The translations under genes were made by a program, and so were the position numbers. DNA of 32,000 nucleotides from Deinococcus radiodurans R1 = ATCC 13939 = DSM 20539 (GTDB lineage: Bacteria; Deinococcota; Deinococci; Deinococcales; Deinococcaceae): the NCBI RefSeq assembly GCF_000008565.1, contig NC_001263.1, positions 765,776 through 797,775 on the forward strand. Reading direction: 5' to 3'. Within the stretch, counting starts at the first letter, position 1, and the number at the start of each line of letters is the position of its first letter. Positions 12,244 to 21,644 of the stretch are shown here, piece by piece. The notes under the pieces were generated by a model. That model made no database searches. It had not been told where the DNA came from and saw nothing but the letters and a program-made list of their open reading frames with translations.

Positions 12244-12774
12244 TTAAGGTTGCCGAATCCAGTACCGCCGAATGGGCTGGTCATGATACTGGGGCACCTC
12301 AAATTCCCCTTCCAGTTCGCCGCCGTTCGCCTCAATGACGCCGCGTGAGCCGAAGTTGTCCACATCGCAGGTGACCAGCACCGGGTCTATCCCCAGTTCG
12401 CGCGCCCGCTCCAGCGCCAGCCGCAGAATCAGGGTGCCGTAGCCTTTGCGCCGCGCGCTGGGGCGGATTTCGTAGCCGATGTGGCCGCCGAACTCACGCA
12501 GGCGGTCGTTGAGGCTGTAACGGATAGAGACGCGTCCCAGGTACTCGCTCCCCTCCACCAGCCAGCGGTATTCGGAGTGGACAAAGCCCTCCGGCAACTC
12601 GTTGCCCGGTTCGTAACGGGTCAGGTCGCGCAGGACTTTGCCGAAGTCGGCGCTGATGTCGTCGAGCTTCCAGACCAGCGTCTCGCCCAGGCCACTGCCG
12701 GTTTCCTGTGCCTCGCGCACGGCGGCGAGGAAGCTGTCTTTGTACTGTTCGGAGGGGCGTACGAGGTGTGGCAT
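12244..12774 (-). CDS. GNAT-family N-acetyltransferase
   Basis: The acetyl-CoA binding motif is 'RRKGYGTLILRLALERARELG'. 176 aa. Confidence 0.85.
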   Translation of the reverse strand: MPHLVRPSEQYKDSFLAAVREAQETGSGLGETLVWKLDDISADFGKVLRDLTRYEPGNELPEGFVHSEYRWLVEGSEYLGRVSIRYSLNDRLREFGGHIGYEIRPSARRKGYGTLILRLALERARELGIDPVLVTCDVDNFGSRGVIEANGGELEGEFEVPQYHDQPIRRYWIRQP

Positions 12775-12900
12775 GGGTCAGGGTAAAGGTTGGCGGTGGC
12801 CTGGGCATCGGCCACCCGGCCTACCCTCACCCACCAACCGGGTTGGTCAATCTGTCCCGAAATGGCGTCCGCAGCCCCATAAAGCGGCGGGTGGGGGGCG

Positions 12901-12906
12901 TACAAT
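12901..12906 (+). promoter_or_regulatory. -10 box abutting the lipB start
   Basis: TACAAT, 7 nt, then GTG 12914. Confidence 0.45.
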
Positions 12907-12913
12907 CCGGGAT

Positions 12914-13648
12914 GTGAAAGAAGCGGCCTTCGACGTGCTTGACCTCGGCCTGCTGCCCTACCCGCAGGCGTGGGCGCGGCAGAAGCAGGAACTGGCCCGC
13001 GTGGCGGTGGGCGGGCGGCCCACGCTGCTGCTGGTGGAGCACCCCGCCGTGCTGACGCTGGGGCGCAAGGCGCAGGAGGGCGAGAACATCGTGGTCACGC
13101 GCGAGTATCTGGCTGCGCAGGGCATCGACGTGTTCGCGGTGGAGCGCGGCGGCGACGTGACCTACCACGGCCCCGGCCAGCTCGTCGCCTACGCCATTTT
13201 TCCAGTCGGGCGCCGGGTGCGCGACTTCCTGCGGCTGCTGGAAAACGCAGTGGTGACGGCGCTGGGCACCCTCGGCCTGCCCGATGCCCGGCCCAATCCC
13301 GGCTACGCGGGCGTGTACGTGGACCCGCGCGAGATCAACGGCAAGACCTACGACCAGAAAATCTGCTCCATCGGCGTGGCCATCAAGCAGAATGTCGCCC
13401 TGCACGGCATCGGCCTGAACGTCTGCACCAATCTGGACCACTTCGACCTGATCGTGCCCTGCGGCCTGACGGATACCCAGATGACCAGCGTGCAGCGTGA
13501 GTACGACCTGCGCGGTCTGGGCAGCGTCAGCATGGAGCAGGCGAAAAAGGCGCTGACCGACGCTTTCGCCTTGACCTTTGCCGACTATGATTGGAGCCTT
13601 CCGGGGGTGGCCGCCGGGCAGGAGGCGCTCTCTGTGGCCTCTCCCTAG
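12914..13648 (+). CDS. lipB: Octanoyltransferase LipB
   Basis: 'VEHPAVLTLGR', 'RGGDVTYHGPGQLVAY', 'KICSIGVAI' and 'PCGL' motifs. GTG 12914 is preceded by TACAAT-N7. The track start 12638 lies antisense in the GNAT gene. Confidence 0.9.
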   Translation: MKEAAFDVLDLGLLPYPQAWARQKQELARVAVGGRPTLLLVEHPAVLTLGRKAQEGENIVVTREYLAAQGIDVFAVERGGDVTYHGPGQLVAYAIFPVGRRVRDFLRLLENAVVTALGTLGLPDARPNPGYAGVYVDPREINGKTYDQKICSIGVAIKQNVALHGIGLNVCTNLDHFDLIVPCGLTDTQMTSVQREYDLRGLGSVSMEQAKKALTDAFALTFADYDWSLPGVAAGQEALSVASP

Positions 13649-13702
13649 CCTCCTTGACCAGCCGTCACCCTCCAGCGACCCTTTCCAACCGAGGAAACCG
13701 AA

Positions 13703-14698
<996 letters not shown>

Positions 14699-14720
14699 GA
14701 TTGAGTGGGAAAGGGGCCGG

Positions 14721-14747
14721 GGCCATGCGCTCTGGCCTTTATTCTTT
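14721..14747 (+). terminator. Weak hairpin plus T-tract after lipA
   Basis: ggcca(14721-14725)..tggcc(14733-14737) followed by tttattcttt. The stem is short. Confidence 0.3.
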
Positions 14748-14808
14748 GGGTCGGTACTTGGCTTCGAGGCTCCACCAAAAGTCGGACGCGCCGCTGCCTA
14801 CCGTCCGT

Positions 14809-14814
14809 TACCCT
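14809..14814 (+). promoter_or_regulatory. -10 box abutting the beta-propeller gene start
   Basis: TACCCT, 7 nt, then ATG 14822. Confidence 0.4.
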
Positions 14815-14821
14815 GACCTCA

Positions 14822-16150
14822 ATGTCAAAATTCCGGCGAATACTGCTGCCCCTGGCGCTGCTGGCTGCCCTGGCTCCAGCACAGGCGGCCCCACCTACGA
14901 GCTATCAGGGGCCGGTGTACGGCGCTGGCGTGCCGAACGTCAAGGTGGTTCGCCCTCTCTGGACGTTGACGGTAGATAAGGCCGAGTACGGCGACAGGGC
15001 CGTGCTGCTCGCTGAAAACCGCGTGCTGGTGAAGGTGGGCGGGGCGTTGCAAGCCCGCGACGTGGCGACGGGCCGCGTGCGGTGGACGCTGCGGCAGCCG
15101 GGAAACCTGGGACTGGCCGACAAAAACGCTGTCTTTCTCACGTCCGGCCCCACCCTGAGCGCTTACCGGCTCAGCGACGGGCGGCGCCTGTGGACCCGCG
15201 ACCTGGGCGGCGCGGTGCGCGATGTGGGCGAGTCGGGCGGCGTGCTGTACGCGACGACGGAACACGGCGGCATAGCCCTGAGCGCCGCGACGGGTCAGAC
15301 ACGCTGGGCCTTTAAAGAGCACGAAATGACGGGCTTCCGGACGGTTCTGGGCGACACAGGGTCAGGGGGCGTGGTGTTCTGGGACGCTTACCAGGGCGAG
15401 CCGCATTTTCCGGCCACCTACGCCTTTGACGCGGCGACGGGCAAACAGCTCTACCGCCTCGGCGGCACGACGGGGCCGCTGGGCGTGCGCGGCAAGGCGG
15501 TCCTGATGGCCGACACGAGCTTTATAGGAAGCGATGACAATGCCACCCTGACCTGGGTAAACCTGCGTTCCGGCGTCACTGAACAGGTCTTGAAGCTGGC
15601 CGCCGATTTCCGCTGCCCTGGCAGAGGCACCCTGGAGCGCCGCACGTCCGAAACCTTCTCTGCCCCGCCGCACATTTATGTCAATGACCAGTGCGGCACG
15701 CGGCTGCGGCAGTTCTGGGCGAATGACCCGGCGCTGGCTGGAAAAACGCCGTCCACGCCGCTGCCACCCGCCCGCACCTTCGCCGTGCCGGACGACGGTC
15801 GCTTTCGCCTGGGGCCAGTGGGGGAACTGTTGGTGTTTGAAAGCCGCATGGGAGAAGTGCGCTTGATTCCAACCACGGGCCGCGCGCCTATCAACTACAA
15901 CGGGGTGGATATGCCGACCGGGACGGGCCTTGTCCTGCCGGGAGCGGGGCCGGTGTCGCGGTTGGACGCCCTGGGGAGCGTGCTGTATGTCGGGCGAGTG
16001 AATGGTGAGTTTCTCGCCTACGACGCCGCGAAGAAAAAGCCCCTCTACGCGGCGCAGCTTCCCTGGCGCGGCTTCGGGCCGACCTTCCGCAGTGGCAAGT
16101 ACGCGGTGCTGACCACTCCCGGCGCACTGGCTGTGGTGCGCGAGCCCTGA
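14822..16150 (+). CDS. Secreted PQQ-like beta-propeller repeat protein
   Basis: Signal peptide MSKFRRILLPLALLAALAPAQA. Recurrent 'A.D..TG...W' blades are present (ARDVATGRVRWTL, AYRLSDGRRLWTRDL, ALSAATGQTRWAF, AFDAATGKQLYRL). ATG 14822 is preceded by TACCCT-N7. Confidence 0.7.
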   Translation: MSKFRRILLPLALLAALAPAQAAPPTSYQGPVYGAGVPNVKVVRPLWTLTVDKAEYGDRAVLLAENRVLVKVGGALQARDVATGRVRWTLRQPGNLGLADKNAVFLTSGPTLSAYRLSDGRRLWTRDLGGAVRDVGESGGVLYATTEHGGIALSAATGQTRWAFKEHEMTGFRTVLGDTGSGGVVFWDAYQGEPHFPATYAFDAATGKQLYRLGGTTGPLGVRGKAVLMADTSFIGSDDNATLTWVNLRSGVTEQVLKLAADFRCPGRGTLERRTSETFSAPPHIYVNDQCGTRLRQFWANDPALAGKTPSTPLPPARTFAVPDDGRFRLGPVGELLVFESRMGEVRLIPTTGRAPINYNGVDMPTGTGLVLPGAGPVSRLDALGSVLYVGRVNGEFLAYDAAKKKPLYAAQLPWRGFGPTFRSGKYAVLTTPGALAVVREP

Positions 16151-16158
16151 AAACGCTG

Positions 16159-16656
16159 GTGGTCGGCGGCACCGGCATGCTGCTGGGACTGGTGCGCGAG
16201 CTCCTCGCGGCGGACGACGAGGTGTGGACGCTGGCCCGCCACGCCCCGGCGCTTACGCACCCGCGCCTGCATCCCCTGCTGGCGGACTACCGCGACGCAG
16301 CGGCCTTGCGCGCGGCCCTGGCCTCCGCCACGCCGTTTGACCGGGCGGTGGTCTGGATTCACTCTGCGGCGCCGGACGCGCCCTTCGTGGTGGCCGAAGC
16401 GGTGCGCGGGCCGTTTTTTCACGTCCTGGGCAGCGCGGTGGCCGACCCGTCCAGACCCGACGACGGGCGGCGGGCCCGTTTCGCCGCGCTGGGCACCGAT
16501 GCGCGTGACGTAGTGCTGGGCTTCGTGCGGGAAGGCGAACACTCACGCTGGCTGACGAACGCGGAAATCTCGGCGGGGGTCTGGGAGGCTGTGCAGGGTA
16601 ATGTTCAGCGGGCAGTGGTGGGAACGGTGACGCCGTGGGCCGCGCGGCCCGGCTGA
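16159..16656 (+). CDS. Short Rossmann-fold (SDR-like) protein
   Basis: The N-terminal 'VVGGTGMLLGL' is a dinucleotide-binding glycine motif. The GTG start lies 9 nt after the upstream stop. An in-frame CTG at 16147 would give 'LKTLVVGGTG' and overlap that stop. Confidence 0.55.
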   Translation: MVGGTGMLLGLVRELLAADDEVWTLARHAPALTHPRLHPLLADYRDAAALRAALASATPFDRAVVWIHSAAPDAPFVVAEAVRGPFFHVLGSAVADPSRPDDGRRARFAALGTDARDVVLGFVREGEHSRWLTNAEISAGVWEAVQGNVQRAVVGTVTPWAARPG

Positions 16657-16671
16657 CCGGCGTGTTCCTGC

Positions 16672-16677
16672 TAGCCT
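16672..16677 (+). promoter_or_regulatory. -10 box abutting the murF start
   Basis: TAGCCT, 6 nt, then ATG 16684. Confidence 0.4.
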
Positions 16678-16683
16678 CGCCTC

Positions 16684-17985
16684 ATGCTTGACCCCCGTTC
16701 TGTTCCTTTTGCCGCTCAGATTCACCCCCAGGCCCGCCCGGCGCGGCGGCTGACCTGGGACTCGCGCGAGGCGGGGCCGGACACGGCGTTCGTCGCGCTG
16801 CCCGGCGAGAAGATGCACGGCAACAGGTTCGTCGAGCGGGCGCTCGCGGCGGGGGCGCCCTTCGTCCTGACCGACCTCGACGTGCCCCGCGCCGTGCGGG
16901 TAGATGATGCGCGGGGGGCCCTGTTCGCCTGGGCGCGGAGTGAACGGGCGAAAAACCCGCTGGTGGTGGGCATCACCGGCAGCGCGGGCAAGACGACCGC
17001 CAAGAGTTACGCGGCGGCGGCCCTGGACGCCCACTTCATGCCGGTGTTCAACACCATGCCCGCCATCGCCTGTTTTCTGGTGCAGTACGGCGCGAGCCAA
17101 AAGCCGCTGGTGGTGGAGATGGGCATCGACCACATCGGCGAAATGGCCGAGCTGATGGACCTCGTGCGGCCCGATGTGGGCGTCGTGACGACCATAGGCC
17201 CGGCGCATCTGGAGCAGTTCGGCATGGTGGAGACCATCGCCCACGAAAAGGGTCAGATTCTGACGGCGCGGCGGGCATTGGTCGGCTCGCAGGCCGCCGC
17301 CTTTTTCCCCAAGGCCCAGTTTCCCCACGTGGACAGCTACGGCTTCGGCGACGTGACGTTCCGGGGCGAGGGGCTGGAACTCTCGCCGCAGGCCGCTCGC
17401 TTCCGCTTCGGCGGCATGGGCGTGATTTTGCCGCTCGCCTCGCGGGTGCAGGCCGAGGCCGCCGTGCTGGGGATGGTCCTCGCCCGCGAAGCTGGCATCG
17501 CGCTGGCCGACGCCGCCGTGCGGATGAGCGCGGTGGAAGTGCCCGGCGGGCGCTACCGACTGCATCCGGGCCGGTTTACCGTCATTGACGACGCCTACAA
17601 CGCGTCCCCGGTGGCGGTGCGCGCCGCGCTCGACGCCCTGCACGCGCTGAAGCCGGAGGGCGAGGTAGGCCGCCGCATCAGCGTGCTGGGCCGGATGCTG
17701 GAACTCGGCCCCACTGAGCGTGAGCTGCACGCCGAAGTCGGCAGCTATGCCCGCGAGCAGGCCGACCTGACCTACGGGGTGGGCGAGTTCGCGCAGGAGC
17801 TGGGCGAGCGCGCCTTCGCCACCGTGCCCGAGCTGCTCGCCGACCTGCTGAATGAAGTCCGTGACGGCGACATCGTGCTCGTCAAGGCGAGCCGGGGCAT
17901 TTCCCTGACCCCGGAGCAGCGCGCGGTGACGGGCGTGGGGCTGGACGTGGTGGTGGAGGCCCTGCTCGACCAGCGCGACCGCTGA
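16684..17985 (+). CDS. murF: UDP-N-acetylmuramoyl-tripeptide--D-alanyl-D-alanine ligase
   Basis: 'VVGITGSAGKTTAKS', 'EMGIDHIGEM', 'GVVTTIGPAHLEQFG' and 'IDDAYNASP' are Mur ligase/MurF motifs. Confidence 0.9.
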   Translation: MLDPRSVPFAAQIHPQARPARRLTWDSREAGPDTAFVALPGEKMHGNRFVERALAAGAPFVLTDLDVPRAVRVDDARGALFAWARSERAKNPLVVGITGSAGKTTAKSYAAAALDAHFMPVFNTMPAIACFLVQYGASQKPLVVEMGIDHIGEMAELMDLVRPDVGVVTTIGPAHLEQFGMVETIAHEKGQILTARRALVGSQAAAFFPKAQFPHVDSYGFGDVTFRGEGLELSPQAARFRFGGMGVILPLASRVQAEAAVLGMVLAREAGIALADAAVRMSAVEVPGGRYRLHPGRFTVIDDAYNASPVAVRAALDALHALKPEGEVGRRISVLGRMLELGPTERELHAEVGSYAREQADLTYGVGEFAQELGERAFATVPELLADLLNEVRDGDIVLVKASRGISLTPEQRAVTGVGLDVVVEALLDQRDR

Positions 17986-18007
17986 CCTGCCGCTCACCCG
18001 GACCCGG

Positions 18008-18013
18008 CACAAT
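18008..18013 (+). promoter_or_regulatory. -10 box abutting the lipoprotein gene start
   Basis: CACAAT, 6 nt, then ATG 18020. Confidence 0.4.
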
Positions 18014-18019
18014 CGGACC

Positions 18020-18823
18020 ATGCCCCTCCCGCCCCGCTGGACCACACCGCGCCGCTTGCTTCGCCTTCCCGTGCTGGCCCTGCTGGGGGCCTCGCTGCTC
18101 GCCTGTGCCCCCGCGCCGTCTGCCGGGCGGGGAAGTGAGGCGGGAAGCACTGCCTCCGCCACTGGCGGGGTCCGCGCGGCCTTCAGCGACGATGGGGTGG
18201 CGTGGGTCAGTGGGGGCCGGGCGTGCGTGGCCCGCGTGCCGAGCTTTCAGCCGAGTTGCCCGCGCCTCGCCCCCGCCTCCGATGTGGGCTGGCAGCAGAG
18301 CGGTGGGCAGGGAGCCGACGCCTGGGCCGCGCTGCCGGGGCCGGGGCTGGTGGTCACGCTCGACCGGGCGCCGCGCAGCCTGAATGTGGGCGCGGTGGTC
18401 CTGCTGAGTAGCACCCGCATCTACCGCGAGGACGGCAGCGCCCTGACCTACAGCGGCGAAGCGGGTCGTGGCGTGGCCGGAGCGCCGCTGGCCGCCGTGA
18501 CCGGGGGCGACGGGCGCGATTACGTGGTCCTGGGCCGCGAACTGCGCCGGGTGGACGACGGGGCAGTGCTTGACCGGGCGGCGCAGCCTTTCCTGTATGC
18601 CACCCCCAGCGGGGCCGCCAGTGCCGCCCTGCCCACCGCCAGTGACGGCCTGAGCCTTTACCGGCTGACCGGCAGCACCCTGGAACGCTTCAGTGCCGGG
18701 CAGGTGGTCGCTCGCGTGTCGCATGGCCCAGGGCAGGTGGGGCTGGTGCGCGGCGAGGTGGTTACGGTGGACGCGGCGGGCCGGGTGCGGCGATTCACTC
18801 TGCAACTCGAGCCGCTGAACTGA
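18020..18823 (+). CDS. Hypothetical lipoprotein
   Basis: The signal peptide has the lipobox 'LLGASLLAC'. GC3 is high. I recognise no family. Confidence 0.55.
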   Translation: MPLPPRWTTPRRLLRLPVLALLGASLLACAPAPSAGRGSEAGSTASATGGVRAAFSDDGVAWVSGGRACVARVPSFQPSCPRLAPASDVGWQQSGGQGADAWAALPGPGLVVTLDRAPRSLNVGAVVLLSSTRIYREDGSALTYSGEAGRGVAGAPLAAVTGGDGRDYVVLGRELRRVDDGAVLDRAAQPFLYATPSGAASAALPTASDGLSLYRLTGSTLERFSAGQVVARVSHGPGQVGLVRGEVVTVDAAGRVRRFTLQLEPLN

Positions 18824-19073
18824 GCCTGGGACGCCGGGTTTCGGTGCCCTGTCCGTAGCTTGCGAGGGGCCAACGAGCGGCTCACCGACGCGCTCCGGCA
18901 GGGCCTGGGGGTGTCAGAGTTCCGTAAGCGGGGGGATGGTTCCATGGGCAGCGGTATGTCCGCCCTTGCCCTCACTCGCCGGCTTATTCCCGCAGCAGCT
19001 TCTGCCCGTTTCCGGAGCGTGGCCCAGGCCCCCGCATCGTTGCCGGGGGGGCCGGCCCGGGTAGATGAGTGAA

Positions 19074-19082
19074 TGCTAAAAT
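19074..19082 (+). promoter_or_regulatory. Candidate extended -10 promoter of the pil operon
   Basis: TGcTAAAAT (TG 19074-19075, TAAAAT 19077-19082), then RBS ggaggga (19095-19101) and ATG 19104. Confidence 0.4.
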
Positions 19083-19103
19083 TCGCCGGACTCTGGAGGG
19101 AGC

Positions 19104-20271
<1,168 letters not shown>

Positions 20272-20279
<8 letters not shown>

Positions 20280-20988
20280 AATCAACCTCTTGCCCAAGGA
20301 GTATCGCCGGCAATCGCAGCCCAGCGTGTGGAAATACGCGTCCTGGGCGGCGGCTGGCCTCACGGCGGCGGTGCTCGGCGGCTGGTTCCTCTCGGTGTCG
20401 GGCGACACCAATCAGTTGCGCGAACGCTCGGCGGCGCTGCAACAGCAGATCGACGCGGTGGCCCCCCAGAAGTCCCGGTTCAACGACCTCACCGCCCAGC
20501 AGGGCGAACTCGAGCGCGTCACCCAGGTGGCGACGCAACTGCGCGACCAGAAGACCTACTGGTCCAACGACCTCGCGTCCTTCGTCGAGCGCGTGCCGGG
20601 CAACGTGGTGTTCAGCAACGTCAACATGTCCACCGTCGCGCCCGGTGCGGAGCCCAGTCTCGCCTACGCAGGCAAGCCCGTAACCCGGCAGCTTGACCTC
20701 ACCGGCAGCGCCCGCAGTCAGGAAGCGATTGTCGGCTTCCTCAACGCCTTTGAGACCGACAGCAATTTCGGCGTCGATTTCAAGGGGATGCAGCATGACG
20801 CTACCAACGGCATCTACACCTTTACCGCCAGCATCGGGGTTGTGGGCGATCAGCCGAGCGCCGCGCCGGGGGCTGACCCGACAGCGCAGGGCGCGCCTGC
20901 CACTGGAACGGCACCGGCTGCCCCAGCGGCTCCTGCGCCGACGGCCACCACCCCCGCTGCCGCGCCGGCCCAGGGAGGTGCCCAGTGA
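20272..20988 (+). CDS. pilN: Type IV pilus assembly protein PilN with an Ala/Pro/Thr-rich tail
   Basis: 'VEINLLPKEYR' is the conserved PilN N-terminus, followed by a TM segment and a coiled region. The GTG start overlaps the pilM end by 8 nt. Confidence 0.85.
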
Positions 20989-21644
20989 AAGCCATCAAGC
21001 TCGCCCCCCACTACATCTTCGCGCTGGTTCTGACCCTGTGCTTGGTGCTGGGCTACCTCTTTTACACCATGGCGATTCAGCCCCGGCAACTCGAAATCAC
21101 TTCCCTCAACGACGAGATCACCAACAAGGAAACCACGCTCGCCGCCGATCAGGCCAAAGCGGCGCGGGTGCCGACCTTGACGGCTGAAGTGGCCCGCCTC
21201 GAAGTCGAGCGCGAGAAGTTCCTGCGGGCGCTGCCGCCCACCGCCAACTTCGGTCAGGTGGTCGCCAACCTGCGCCAGACCGTGAGCGCCGCCGGGGGAG
21301 ACCTCAAAACCCTCAATTTCGCTGGGAGCGGCGCGGCGGGGGCCAACCTGCCGGCGGGCGTGCGCCCCATCGGCATGACCATGTCGGTCAATGGCCGCTT
21401 TCCGCAACTGTTCCAGATTCTGCGCAGCCTGGAACTGCAAAACCGCTTTACCACCGTGGACAACGTGAGCCTGCAAACCCAGGGCGACGCCGGCACGGGC
21501 GGGGGCGGGACGCTGGGCAGCACCCTCGGCCTGACGGTCTATACCTTCGATGCGTCGGGCGCGACGAGCACCCCTGACGCGGCGGCTCCGGCAGCGGGCA
21601 CGCCGGCCCCCGCTGCACCGGCCGCTGGAGGCACGCAACCATGA
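20985..21644 (+). CDS. pilO: Type IV pilus assembly protein PilO-like
   Basis: It has an N-terminal TM (IFALVLTLCLVLGYLFY), a coiled coil and an alpha/beta core 'MTMSVNGRFPQLFQILRSLELQNRFTTVDNVSL'. There is a GTGA start/stop overlap with pilN, and SD gggaggtg is present. Confidence 0.8.
   Translation: MKAIKLAPHYIFALVLTLCLVLGYLFYTMAIQPRQLEITSLNDEITNKETTLAADQAKAARVPTLTAEVARLEVEREKFLRALPPTANFGQVVANLRQTVSAAGGDLKTLNFAGSGAAGANLPAGVRPIGMTMSVNGRFPQLFQILRSLELQNRFTTVDNVSLQTQGDAGTGGGGTLGSTLGLTVYTFDASGATSTPDAAAPAAGTPAPAAPAAGGTQP

Noticed and set aside
18860-19072. A 70-aa ORF (TTG start) in the spacer upstream of pilM.
   Set aside because: It has a non-canonical start, no RBS and no -10 context. Its GC3 bias decays in the second half, and it has no recognisable motifs.
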